NCBI GenBank assembly: GCA_963822585.1
Contig: CAWGIE010000036.1
Coordinates: forward strand, 160,001-224,000
DNA length: 64,000 nucleotides
Origin: an uncultured bacterium
Lineage (GTDB): Bacteria > Auribacterota > Erginobacteria > Erginobacterales > Erginobacteraceae
Direction: 5' to 3'
Within the stretch, counting starts at the first letter, position 1, and each line of letters opens with the position of its first letter. The notes under the pieces are model-generated. The model was not told the DNA's origin, made no database searches, and worked only from the letters and a program-made list of their open reading frames with translations. This document shows, piece by piece, positions 31,762-41,852 of this stretch. Made by a program: the position numbers and the translations under genes.

Positions 31762-33627
31762 TCAGTTTTTATACAACTCCTCCTTCACGTCTTCTAGTCC
31801 CAGCTCGTCAAGAGTTTCGGGCCGGATCAAGCCATCCTCATCGTATCCCCAGAGACGATAGTAATCATCGAGCATGACATCAAGATGTACCACCTGGCCT
31901 TGGGCGGGGCCCTCTTCCTCCGGTTCTTTCAAGAAACGTTCCGGCAGCGTGTCGTCTTTCCGGCTCATCCCCTCCCGCTGGTTGAACGCTCTCCGGAGAA
32001 CACAGATCCGCTTTCCGATCCTTTTCAGGTTTTCCTCATCGTTAAAGAGCTCGATACCGGTCAGACTATAGAGAATATCCGGGATATCCGGATAGTAATA
32101 GCAGAGCGGATACATGGTCCCGTACTTGCAGAGGATCATCGAGTCGACGACGGCGTAGAAATGCTCCACGTCGTATACCATCTGCCCCTTGAATTCCTCG
32201 CTGTGCCGGTCAAGAGCCGCTTTCAGCTTATCCTCTCCGTACCGGCGGAGTCCGATCTCGGGGTAGCCGATCTCATCGATCACGGAGAGGCCCCGGAGAT
32301 GGTCGGCGCCCCGGACTGAAGTGGCGTGAGTCAATCCCCCCGAACGGTGGGCCCTCCCGTCCTGGCCGGATATTTCCTGCCCCTTGACGTGCATGGCGAA
32401 CTTCTCCGCGCCGGCGCCGATCTTTGCGGAGGCTCGCCTGACCCCTTCGGCCAGCAGATCTCCCAGACCCTTCCGATAAGCGATATCCTTGACCATCTGG
32501 ACGACTTTCTCGCCGTCGGTCCATTTGACTTCATCGGGGATCAGGCCGTGCTCGGAGCACTCCATCGCGAACCCGATCGCGCTCCCGCAGGAGATGGTAT
32601 CCATCCCCAGGTCGTTGCAGAGATGATTGGCGTAAATCAGATCGTCCAGATCGGAGTTCAGGCAGCCGGTGCCCAGCGAAACGACCGTCTCATACTCCGG
32701 CCCCTCGCCGATGTTATCGTATTTTTTGGAGAGGGTTACCAGCTTGCACTGGATCTTGCAGTTGAAACAGGAGTTCTTGGCGACCCGGAACTCGTCCCGG
32801 ATCCGGACGGAACCGACCCGGCCGACCAGGTCGAAGACCCCTTTCTTATGGTTCCGCGTGGGGAGTCTTCCGATCTCGTTTTCGATCTCGACCAGGCCGG
32901 CGGAACCGAACTCCCGTAAAGAAAGGCAGCCTTCCGAGTCCGGTCCTTCCTGAAACCGGTATTTCGCTTCCTGGAAGAGCTCTCCCAGGCGACGGGGATC
33001 GGCGGCGGTGATATCCCCCGTACCGAGGACGGCGATCGCTTTCAGGTTTTTGCTCCCCATGACCGCCCCCAGTCCCGAGCGGCCGAAGGCCCGGTGTTTA
33101 TCGGTCATCACGGCGGCAAACCGGACCAGATTTTCCCCGGCGGGACCGATGCAGGCCACCCGTTCGATCGGGTGTTTGCTCCTCAGGTAATCGGTCGTCT
33201 CATTGACCGTCTTCCCCTTGATCGCGGACGCGTCAAGAAGCCGGACCTCGTCATCCATGATCAGCAGATAGACCAGTTTTTCGGAGCGTCCTTCGAAGAT
33301 AATGAAATCGTAGCCGGCGTATTTCAGTTCCGGCCCGAGATGTCCCCCGCAGTGGGCTTCGGCCCATCCCCCGGTCAGCGGAGACTTGGCGGCCATCATA
33401 TACCGGCCGCTCTGGGGGAAAAGCGTCCCGGTGGTCGGCCCCGTGGCCATGATAAGGATATTATCGGGAGAAAGAGGGTCGATACCCGGCTTTAATTCGT
33501 CCCAGAGAATCCGGGCGCAGATGCCGGTGCCCCCGATGTATTCGATCAGATTTTCGGGAAATGCCTCTTTCCTGATTGATCCGTCGGTTAGATTGATCCT
33601 GAGATATTTTCCGGCGTATCCGTGCAT
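31762..33627 (-). CDS. aor: Tungsten-dependent aldehyde:ferredoxin oxidoreductase family protein
   Basis: GYAGKYLRINLT, KSPLTG, GRSGLGAVMGSKNLKA, CFNCKIQC, GPEYET, DDLGMD-like NDLGMD, RGADH. Confidence 0.95.
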   Translation of the reverse strand: MHGYAGKYLRINLTDGSIRKEAFPENLIEYIGGTGICARILWDELKPGIDPLSPDNILIMATGPTTGTLFPQSGRYMMAAKSPLTGGWAEAHCGGHLGPELKYAGYDFIIFEGRSEKLVYLLIMDDEVRLLDASAIKGKTVNETTDYLRSKHPIERVACIGPAGENLVRFAAVMTDKHRAFGRSGLGAVMGSKNLKAIAVLGTGDITAADPRRLGELFQEAKYRFQEGPDSEGCLSLREFGSAGLVEIENEIGRLPTRNHKKGVFDLVGRVGSVRIRDEFRVAKNSCFNCKIQCKLVTLSKKYDNIGEGPEYETVVSLGTGCLNSDLDDLIYANHLCNDLGMDTISCGSAIGFAMECSEHGLIPDEVKWTDGEKVVQMVKDIAYRKGLGDLLAEGVRRASAKIGAGAEKFAMHVKGQEISGQDGRAHRSGGLTHATSVRGADHLRGLSVIDEIGYPEIGLRRYGEDKLKAALDRHSEEFKGQMVYDVEHFYAVVDSMILCKYGTMYPLCYYYPDIPDILYSLTGIELFNDEENLKRIGKRICVLRRAFNQREGMSRKDDTLPERFLKEPEEEGPAQGQVVHLDVMLDDYYRLWGYDEDGLIRPETLDELGLEDVKEELYKN

Positions 33628-33853
33628 GATATTTCTCCTAAAAATGTATTCTTTTAATTAAACTCACCCTTCATGAAAGAGCCCCATATTAAAACCATAA
33701 GGGGTGTTGGAGTAGTGGAGTTTTGGAGTGATGGAAGCCCGCTGACAGCCCCCATTACTCCATCACTCCATCATTCCATCACTCCATCATGTGATCACAT
33801 ACGGATTGCCCGACCTGATTATTCCGTATAAAGCTTTCTTATACACTATCCGC

Positions 33854-34129
33854 TCACCCTCCCGCCACGGACGGGAAGATGGTCACGCTCTCTTCTTCAT
33901 GCACCGTCCGATTGAGGTCCAGCTGGGTGACGCCGTTGATCAGGATGACAACCGGGGTCCGGCGCACTAATTCGCCTTCCCTTTCTTCCAGCAACAGGTC
34001 TCTGATCGGAGGGCCGTACTCTTTCGAAAGAACTTCCAGTATCTGCCGGATCGTCCTCTCCCCCCGGACAGAGACCCGGTCGGTCCCCGCCCGGTCCCGG
34101 AGTGCACCAAATAGCTTTACCGTCGGCAT
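33854..34129 (-). CDS. moaD: MoaD/ThiS (SAMP-like) ubiquitin-fold protein
   Basis: VKLFGALRDRAG, ILING, C-terminal FPSVAGG. Confidence 0.88.
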   Translation of the reverse strand: MPTVKLFGALRDRAGTDRVSVRGERTIRQILEVLSKEYGPPIRDLLLEEREGELVRRTPVVILINGVTQLDLNRTVHEEESVTIFPSVAGG

Positions 34130-34269
34130 CTTAAAAACAGCTCATTTTATTTTCGAATAACGCTCTGAAATGTCTTCCATTCCGGCCACGGCCGAATCGG
34201 AATTTTTCCGGAAGGGGAAATTGTAGGCGAAACGGCAATGAAACAACAATAAAAAATACCTCCGTCTGG

Positions 34270-34506
34270 TCAACCTCCACCAAGCCTCAGTGTAATCTGC
34301 AAGTCCGAATCTTCCCTGATCGGTTCTTCCAACGCCACCAGGCGGCCGTCACGGCAGACCTGGAGAAATCCCAGTTCGCGGTCATCATACCCGAGCGCTT
34401 TTTTCAAAACCGTCCGGACCCTGGTCCCCCGGCGGATACGACATCCGAAATCCCGCCCCTGCGGGGGAAGACGAAGGGGACCGATCAATCTCAGGCGGAC
34501 TTTCAT
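34270..34506 (-). CDS. MoaD/ThiS-like ubiquitin-fold protein
   Basis: 78 aa, MKVRLRLIG start, C-terminal LRLGGG. Confidence 0.75.
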   Translation of the reverse strand: MKVRLRLIGPLRLPPQGRDFGCRIRRGTRVRTVLKKALGYDDRELGFLQVCRDGRLVALEEPIREDSDLQITLRLGGG

Positions 34507-34518
34507 GACAGAGACATG

Positions 34519-34764
34519 CTACCCGCCGGCGACGATCGGGATAAAACTGATCCGGTCCCCGTCCCGGATCGACTCGTTCGTGTCCGTTACGATAGCCGAG
34601 TTTCGGGTGATCTTTATGTTCCGGTGGGCGGCGACATCCAGGCCGTATTCAGTCTTGATCCAGGAGAGAAACTCCGGGAAAGTCTTTCCGGGGAAATCAA
34701 GCTCACTGGTCCGGGCCGGGAAATACTTTTGAAACTTGCTGATGGCGGTAACGGTGACTCTCAT
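34519..34764 (-). CDS. MoaD/ThiS-like ubiquitin-fold protein
   Basis: 81 aa, IRDGDRISFIPIVAGG C-terminus. Confidence 0.85.
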   Translation of the reverse strand: MRVTVTAISKFQKYFPARTSELDFPGKTFPEFLSWIKTEYGLDVAAHRNIKITRNSAIVTDTNESIRDGDRISFIPIVAGG

Positions 34765-35075
34765 AAGACACTAACTTTTCTTCTTTTTGGAGAGTGAATC
34801 GAAGATATTAATAACATTTTTAGCTAAATCCCAAGTACCGAATTCCAAATAACAAATAAATCCCAATGACCAAAATTCCAAATCACAAACATCTATTATC
34901 AACGCCCATTGGGGACAATAGAAATGACACGATAAGTCACCCTTGTTATAAACGCCAATTGCGGCGGTTTTTCCTGGTATGTTTGGTGCTTGGGATTTGG
35001 AATTTGTTTGGAATTTGGTACTTGTGATTTGGAATTTATCTTACAATACATCTCTCTCTTATTGCAGTGGTCCTG

Positions 35076-36938
35076 TTATTCGGGAATCCCTAACTCATCT
35101 AATTTTTCCCTTGTCGGTCGTCCGTCTTCTCCCCAGCCTCTTACCTCATAATAACGAGGGAGCATCTTCTCCAGTTCGACGATCTGACCCTGGGCCGGTC
35201 CTTCCGGGAGAGGTTCCTCCAGGAAACGTTTGGGGAGGGAGTCCATGGCCGGGGTGAGTCCGCAGGCGACATTAAAGAGACGTTCGACATTGAGAATCCG
35301 CTCGCCCGCCTTCATGATACTTTCCTCGTCCCACTCGATACCGGTGGCGTACTGGATCAGTTCCGCCATATCCTGAGGAAGAATGGCGTAGGTGGCGAAC
35401 ATGCAGTACTTGCACATCTCGGCGGAGTCAACCACGGCGGCAAAATTCTCGTGCCAGAGAACCATATCCGCCTTTCCCTGCCAGGCGTAGGGATCGACGG
35501 TATGGGGATCACCGAACCACTTCACCCCTTCCTCCGGACTGTAACTGAGGAGTTCGAAGTTGGGCAGCGCCCGGAGATGATCTCCGCCCCGGGAGGCGAC
35601 CGCCAGCCCCAGCCCGAAACCCTTCCCGGTCCGGGGATCGTAGGCGGGCAGTTCCATCCCCTTGGTCTGGAGCGCGAAATCCATGCTCCCCTGTCCGATC
35701 TTCTCGGCCAGGTATTTCATCCCCCGGGCCGCGTCATCCCCGATCCCTTCCCGGAAAGCGATCTTTCTCACCAGATCGATGACGGCATCCGCGTCACCCC
35801 ACCGGTATTGCTCGGGGATCAATCCTTTCTCGCTGCACTCGAAGAGAAACCCGATGATGCCGCCCACCGAAATGGTGTCCATCCCGTAATCGTTACAAAG
35901 GTAGTTGGCATAGATGACCGGTTCCAGATCCGGAAGATCCGGGCGCGTGCCCAGCGCGACAAAGCTTTCGTACTCCGGCCCTTTGCCCCGGCAGAGGAAT
36001 TTTTTATCCTTGACCACGGCATAATTCGAGCAGTGAATAATGCAGGAGAAGCAGCTCTCCGATCTCTCCACGAAGTGTTCCCGGTAATGATGACTGCTGT
36101 AGTTCTCGGGGTGATCGAAGACCCCGGTCTGCCCGTTCCGGGTGGAGAGCCCTCCGCTTTCGGCCGCGATGTCGGTGATGACCGAGGTCCCGTAATAGGC
36201 GAAATCCGCGTAGGTCTTGTCTTCAAAAATCTTCCGGTAGCAGTCCGCGGTCTTTTTCAGAAAAGCTTCCGGATCGAAGAGCTTCAGATCGCGGGTCCCG
36301 TTGATCGCGATCGCTTTCAGCCTTTTCGACCCCATCACCGCCCCCACCGCGCAGCGGGCCAGGTAATGGAACTTGTCATTGGCGATCGCCGCGCAGAAGA
36401 CCAGATTCTCGCCCGCCGGGCCGATGCAGGCCACCTTGGTCTCTCTCCCCCGTTTTTCGACCAGAATATCCGTGGTCTCCATCACTCCTTTCCCGGCCAG
36501 ATCGGCCGCGGGCAGAATATCCGCCTCTCCGTCCTGAATAGTGAGATAAACGAGTTCGTCGGCTCTGCCTTCCACGATGATGACGTCATACCCCGCGTAT
36601 TTGATCTCCGCGCCGAAGGCCCCGCCGCTATTGGCGTCGCCGAGGAGGCCGGTCAGGGGAGACTTGGTCGTTACCGTGTACCGTCCCGATGAAGGGGACA
36701 TGGTCCCATTCAGGGGCCCGGTGGAAAAGATAAGAACATTCTCCGGCCCCAGCGGATCGATGGGGCCCGGATCGGGCAGAAGATCGGAGAGAAGACGGCC
36801 GCCGAATCCCCTCCCCCCGATATAATTTTCCATCAGTTCCCGGGGCAGCGGTTCCCGCGAGATTTTGCCGGTGGTCAGATTGACCCGCAGAATCCAGCCC
36901 ATGTAACCGTAATATTTGTTCCTCCCTTCCTGCGCCAT
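35076..36938 (-). CDS. aor: Second tungsten-dependent aldehyde:ferredoxin oxidoreductase family protein
   Basis: GYMGWILRVNLT, KSPLTG, GAVMGSKRLKA, CFSCIIHC, GPEYES, YGMDTIS, RGGDH. Confidence 0.95.
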   Translation of the reverse strand: MAQEGRNKYYGYMGWILRVNLTTGKISREPLPRELMENYIGGRGFGGRLLSDLLPDPGPIDPLGPENVLIFSTGPLNGTMSPSSGRYTVTTKSPLTGLLGDANSGGAFGAEIKYAGYDVIIVEGRADELVYLTIQDGEADILPAADLAGKGVMETTDILVEKRGRETKVACIGPAGENLVFCAAIANDKFHYLARCAVGAVMGSKRLKAIAINGTRDLKLFDPEAFLKKTADCYRKIFEDKTYADFAYYGTSVITDIAAESGGLSTRNGQTGVFDHPENYSSHHYREHFVERSESCFSCIIHCSNYAVVKDKKFLCRGKGPEYESFVALGTRPDLPDLEPVIYANYLCNDYGMDTISVGGIIGFLFECSEKGLIPEQYRWGDADAVIDLVRKIAFREGIGDDAARGMKYLAEKIGQGSMDFALQTKGMELPAYDPRTGKGFGLGLAVASRGGDHLRALPNFELLSYSPEEGVKWFGDPHTVDPYAWQGKADMVLWHENFAAVVDSAEMCKYCMFATYAILPQDMAELIQYATGIEWDEESIMKAGERILNVERLFNVACGLTPAMDSLPKRFLEEPLPEGPAQGQIVELEKMLPRYYEVRGWGEDGRPTREKLDELGIPE

Positions 36939-36990
36939 CTTTCTTCTCCTTTGTTTAAGCGAATGGGTCCGATAAGACCGATAGAACCTA

Positions 36991-37410
36991 TTAAGCCGGG
37001 GCTTGAGCTGTCTTCGCTTCCCGGAGGGTCAGGGCGTCGGTCGGGCAGTATTTCACGCACTGGGGATCACCAGCGCAAAGATCGCACTTGAGAAGTTCGC
37101 CATCGAAGATGCGCAGCGCGCCGGCGAAGGGGCAGGCCTCGATACAGGATCCGCAAACGATGCACTTTTCTCGGTCATGGACCGCCCGGCCGTCCTCGAT
37201 GTGCATGGCGCCGGTGGGACAGGCAAGCACGCATTTCGGGTCCTTACAGAAACGGCAGGTCTCGATGACATCCCGGTCTTCTTCCCGGTACACCCGGATC
37301 CGGGAGCGCTGCGGGTTGATCAGGTTATAGTGCCGCAGGGAGCAGACCAGTTCACAGATCCGGCAGCCCACGCACTCTTTCTGGTTGATCTTTCTCGGAT
37401 CGGAAGGCAT
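36991..37410 (-). CDS. 4Fe-4S polyferredoxin (AOR electron-transfer subunit)
   Basis: CVGCRICELVC, CRFCKDPKCVLACP, CIVCGSCIEACP, KCDLC..PQCVKYCP. Confidence 0.92.
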   Translation of the reverse strand: MPSDPRKINQKECVGCRICELVCSLRHYNLINPQRSRIRVYREEDRDVIETCRFCKDPKCVLACPTGAMHIEDGRAVHDREKCIVCGSCIEACPFAGALRIFDGELLKCDLCAGDPQCVKYCPTDALTLREAKTAQAPA

Positions 37411-37804
37411 TACACACCTCTTTCAGGTTCAAACTGTCCTGAAGAACAGGGACACGGGTCATGTTCAATACGCCCTTCCGATATAGAAACATAAAAATGG
37501 AGTATCTTCAAGGAGGAAATACCGGATAAAAAATGAACGTCGAATGTTCAACGCTCAACATCCAACGTTCACCGTCCAACGAAAAAGGCCGCGGCGGGAG
37601 AACTTTTGCGTTTTTTGCGCCTTTTCGCGGCTGAAAGAAAGGGGCCGCAGCGATGGGAAAAGCTGAACGTCGAACATCCAACGTTCAACGTTCAACGTCC
37701 AACTATTTTCAGAGAAATCAGAGTAATCAGGTATAACATTAACGGGGAGAAGGCGCTGGTCAGGCAACTTCAAACTTTAGGCACTTCAAACTTTAAACTT
37801 TCTT

Positions 37805-40129
37805 CTAACCCCGTTCCCGGAGTTGGACGGCCTCCAGGACCTTTTCCGGGGTAAAGGGGGCGCGGTGGAGGCGGACGTCAACCGCGTCGTAAATCGCGTT
37901 GGAAATGGCCGGAAGGGGCCCGCTGATGCAGATCTCTCCCACGCTTTTGGCGCCGAAGGGGCCGGTCGGCTCATAAGAGGGAACAAAGATAGTGGTGATC
38001 TTGGGGATGTCCCGGGTGGAATAAATCTTGTAGTACCCATAGTTGGGGTTGAGCATCACGCCCTTGTTATTGAATATGTAGCGCTCGGTGAGGGCGTAGC
38101 TGATCCCGTTGATCAGGGCCCCGATCGCCTGGCCCCGGGCCAGGGCCGGATTGATCGGCGTGCCGCAGTCAACAGCCTGAACGTATTCCAGGACGCGCAC
38201 CTTGCCCGTGGCTCGATCGACCTCCACCTCTACAAAATGGGCGGCAAAGGGCGGCGGCGACTCGTGAGAAATCCGGGACGCGATGGCGGCGATCTGGAAC
38301 TGGTCTTTCTCATACAGGGAACGGGTGCCGATCTCCTGCAGGGTCACTGATTTCTTCTTCGGCCCGATCACGTTCCCCCCGGACAGTTCCACCCGGTCCG
38401 GAGGGGCATTGAGCATCGCCGCGCCAACCTGGAGAATCTGCGCTTTTACCTTCTCGGCGGCCTCTTTGACGGCCATCCCGGAAAGGTAGGTGGTGGAAGA
38501 GGCATAAGCCCCGACGTCGAAGGGGGTGAGATCGGTATCGGAGGAATAGACGATTATCCGGTCGGTCGGAACCGTCAAAACCTCGGCCGCGATCTGGGAA
38601 AGGACCGTGTCCGATCCCTGCCCGATCTCGGTGGCCCCCATCAGGAGGTTGAAAGACCCGTCGTCATTTATCTTGATGAACGCGGACGCCATATCGATAT
38701 AGGGGATGGAGGATCCCTGCATCATGATCGACATCCCCAGGCCGCGGCGGTAGCGCCCGCCTCCGGGTCGGCCGCGTTTCTTCTTCCATCCGATGGCCGC
38801 GGCGCCCGCCCGGATGCAGGCGGAAAGTTCGCAGGACCCGATATGCGGCTGACCGATGACCGGGCCCTCCCCGAGTTCCTTCAGGATCGGCACCTCCGTC
38901 CCGCCGCTGATCACATTCTTCAGATAAAAATCCGTCGGGTCCATCTCCAGCCGTTCCGCCAGGTCGTCCATGGCGATGGCGGTGGCCAGGATCCCCTGGG
39001 TGCCTCCATAGCCCCGGTAGGCTCCGGAAACCGGAAGGTTGGTATAGACCACGTCGCTGCTGAAGCGGAGATTCGGGCATTTGAACATGGGGAGAGTCCG
39101 GGTCCCCACGTTGGAGGCGACGGTCAGGCCATGGGTCCCGTAGGCGCCGGTGTTGGAAAGGGCGTAAAGATCGATCGCGGTCAGGGAGCCGTCTTTTTTG
39201 GCCGCCACCTGAACCTTGGTAATCATATTATGGCGTACCCGGGCGCTCATAAAGACTTCCCGCCGGGTCAGACGCATCTTGGCCGGTCGTCCGGTCTTGA
39301 GGGTGATCAAACCGACGTAAGGCTCGAGCAGTATCTCCTGCTTCCCCCCGAACCCTCCTCCCAGCCGGGGTTTGATGATCCGGATTCGGCGGCGGGGGAT
39401 CTGCAAAGCCCGGCTGACAATCCGGCGGGCATGAAAGGGAACCTGGGTCGTGGAGATGATCACCAATCGCCCGTTTGCATCCAGCCAGCTCAACGCGCAG
39501 TGGGGTTCGATCGCCGAATGGCTGGCGGTCTGGTTCTCGAACTCGTCTTCAACCGTCATCTCCGCCTGCTTGACGCCCTTTTTGACATCCCCCACGGAAG
39601 CCTCCACCCGGGCTACCCGGTTCTTCTCCGGCTCGTAGGGAACCGGGATCATGATCCGGCATTCCTTCTCATCGTGAATGACCGGGGCGGAAGCCCTCAT
39701 CGCCTTTCGCGGATCCAGCACCGCCGGGAGGACCTCATACTCAACCTCTATCAGCTTGAGTGCCTCCTCGGCGATCTCGCCCGTTTCCGCGGCCACCAGG
39801 GCGACCTTATCTCCGGCGAAGCGGACCTTGTTATCGAGTATGAATTCATCGTAGGGCGACGGTTCCGGGTACCCCTGTCCCGCCGTCGTGATCGGGACCC
39901 GGGGGACATCCTTCCAGGTCAGGACCTCCACCACCCCGGTCAAAGAACGCGCCTTTCCGGTCCGGATGGCTTTGATCCGGGCGTGGGCGTGGGGACTGCG
40001 CAGGAGACGGCAATGAAGCATCCCCGGCCGTTCGTAATCATCCGTGAATTTCGCCTGCCCGACGGCCAGACCGAGGGCATCTACTTTCTCCACGCCTTTG
40101 TTTATTTCATTGAATTTCTGAGATTTCAT
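37805..40129 (-). CDS. Xanthine-oxidase family molybdopterin-binding subunit (XdhD/YgfN-like)
   Basis: RSPHAHA, TTAGQGYPEPSPYD, GGGFGGKQE, AYRGYG, EIGQG, AYASSTT, GPFGAKSVGE. Confidence 0.92.
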   Translation of the reverse strand: MKSQKFNEINKGVEKVDALGLAVGQAKFTDDYERPGMLHCRLLRSPHAHARIKAIRTGKARSLTGVVEVLTWKDVPRVPITTAGQGYPEPSPYDEFILDNKVRFAGDKVALVAAETGEIAEEALKLIEVEYEVLPAVLDPRKAMRASAPVIHDEKECRIMIPVPYEPEKNRVARVEASVGDVKKGVKQAEMTVEDEFENQTASHSAIEPHCALSWLDANGRLVIISTTQVPFHARRIVSRALQIPRRRIRIIKPRLGGGFGGKQEILLEPYVGLITLKTGRPAKMRLTRREVFMSARVRHNMITKVQVAAKKDGSLTAIDLYALSNTGAYGTHGLTVASNVGTRTLPMFKCPNLRFSSDVVYTNLPVSGAYRGYGGTQGILATAIAMDDLAERLEMDPTDFYLKNVISGGTEVPILKELGEGPVIGQPHIGSCELSACIRAGAAAIGWKKKRGRPGGGRYRRGLGMSIMMQGSSIPYIDMASAFIKINDDGSFNLLMGATEIGQGSDTVLSQIAAEVLTVPTDRIIVYSSDTDLTPFDVGAYASSTTYLSGMAVKEAAEKVKAQILQVGAAMLNAPPDRVELSGGNVIGPKKKSVTLQEIGTRSLYEKDQFQIAAIASRISHESPPPFAAHFVEVEVDRATGKVRVLEYVQAVDCGTPINPALARGQAIGALINGISYALTERYIFNNKGVMLNPNYGYYKIYSTRDIPKITTIFVPSYEPTGPFGAKSVGEICISGPLPAISNAIYDAVDVRLHRAPFTPEKVLEAVQLRERG

Positions 40130-40205
40130 CTAAAACGACAAAGTAATTCACCACGAAGGTCATGAAGAACCCGAAGATTTTTAAAAAAAATGAGGTAAAT
40201 CTTAT

Positions 40206-40748
40206 TTAATTTTCTCCGCTATTCTTCGTGTCCTTCGTGGTTTTACTTGATTTAGTTGACTTACTTGTTTTCGAGGACTTCTTCTTTTTTGAGCGCAGCC
40301 TCCGGGCGGCCAGCTTGACCGCCTCGATAATTTGCACGTAGCCGGTGCACCGGCAGAGATTTCCGTCAAGGGCATCTTTGATCTCATCATCCGACGGGTT
40401 CTGGTTCCGGTCCAATAAAGCCTTAGCCGCCAGCAGCATCCCGGGGGTGCAGAAACCGCACTGGATCGCCGCCGACTCGACAAAGGCAAGCTGGAGAAGA
40501 TGGGGCTTCTGCCGCGTACCCAGCCCCTCGACCGTGGTTATCTTTCTTCCGCCGGCGGTGACGGCGAGAATCAGGCAGGAGTTAACGGGGCGCGCGTCCA
40601 TGATCACGGTACAGGCGCCGCAGGCTCCTTCCCCGCAGCCGAACTTGACGCTCTTGTACCCCAGCAGACGCAAGAGGTCGAGCAGTGTTTCCGACGGGCT
40701 GACCTCCGCCCGATGCTGCCGCCCGTTGACTGTTAGAATAATTTCCAT
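40206..40748 (-). CDS. Xanthine-oxidase family 2Fe-2S subunit
   Basis: Likely start is ATG 40748 (MEIILTVNG). Motifs: GCGEGACGAC, QCGFCTPG, NLCRCTGY. Confidence 0.93.
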   Translation of the reverse strand: MEIILTVNGRQHRAEVSPSETLLDLLRLLGYKSVKFGCGEGACGACTVIMDARPVNSCLILAVTAGGRKITTVEGLGTRQKPHLLQLAFVESAAIQCGFCTPGMLLAAKALLDRNQNPSDDEIKDALDGNLCRCTGYVQIIEAVKLAARRLRSKKKKSSKTSKSTKSSKTTKDTKNSGEN

Positions 40749-41608
40749 TCGGGTACCTTTTGATCGAGCAGGATGCGTTCCAATATCCCCCTGACCTGGG
40801 CCCGGCAAAGATCCCGCTTATATCCCTCCGAGCAACGGATGTCCTTGCTGACCTTGATCTCTTCGGCGGCGATCTCCGAGGCCTCATTGACCAGTATCTG
40901 GGAGCCGATCTTGCCTTTTATCACTTCCTCCGCGGCCACAATCCTCTGGGGCAACAGTGTGGCGCCGCCGACCACGATCGTGATCTCTCGGCACCGGCGG
41001 TCGGTCCGGGAAAGACAGATCGCTACTTTCAGGAGGGCGAAGTCGTTTTCGGTCAGGGTGAATTTATCGTAGGCACACCGGGAATTCTTGGCGACGGCGG
41101 GAAGGATGATCTCAGTCACCAGCTCACCCGGCTTCAGCAGCTGCCGGGGCATCCGGGAAAAAAACTGCTCCGCCGGCAGCTCCCGGCTCTTCGGCCCCTG
41201 AATGACAATCCGGGCGTCCAGTGCCAGAAAAACGGTGGAGAGGTCCGACCAGATAAAGGGCTGCACCAGGTTTCCCCCCACCGTGATCAGGTTGCGGTTC
41301 AGGGTAGATCCGATCCGGCGGGCGGCGCCCCGGAGGACGCCATCGGCGTATTTCTTCACCGGGGCGGAAGCAACCAGATCGGCGATCGGGGTGGTGGCGC
41401 CGATCCGCAGACCACCGTTCTCCCCCTTGACATAGCTGAGCGGGAGACGGCTCAGGCAGACCAACTCCCGGACCGAAGCCATCGGCGCGAAGATGAAGGA
41501 GATGCCGCCGGCGAGGGGAACCGCTCCCCGCGTTTCATCGGAAAGGATCCGGACAGCCTCGGCGAGCGTCTCCGGATAATTGACTTTTTGTAAATCCGCC
41601 AGTTTCAT
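40733..41608 (-). CDS. Xanthine-oxidase family FAD-binding subunit (YgfM/CoxM-like)
   Basis: PETLAEA, LAGG, LRIGATT, RNLITVGGNL, ELVTEI. Confidence 0.9.
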   Translation of the reverse strand: MKLADLQKVNYPETLAEAVRILSDETRGAVPLAGGISFIFAPMASVRELVCLSRLPLSYVKGENGGLRIGATTPIADLVASAPVKKYADGVLRGAARRIGSTLNRNLITVGGNLVQPFIWSDLSTVFLALDARIVIQGPKSRELPAEQFFSRMPRQLLKPGELVTEIILPAVAKNSRCAYDKFTLTENDFALLKVAICLSRTDRRCREITIVVGGATLLPQRIVAAEEVIKGKIGSQILVNEASEIAAEEIKVSKDIRCSEGYKRDLCRAQVRGILERILLDQKVPEWKLF

Positions 41609-41852
41609 TATAAATTAGCGCCTCCGGCGCTAATTTAGTGAATTTTCACTTATTAAGCTTAAAAAAGATTGATGATATTCCCAAAATCAGTTCTTATCCA
41701 ACAGCTCAATCCATAACAGTAAGCCCTGAGCACTACACAGAAAAAACAAGATATGTTGGTTTGGGCACTTTTTCGTCTGTTTCGGAATTCCAATTGAAGC
41801 GCGGCACTATAGGGGATCGGCCAGTGGCAGGCAAGAGTTTTTTTCAGGAAGA

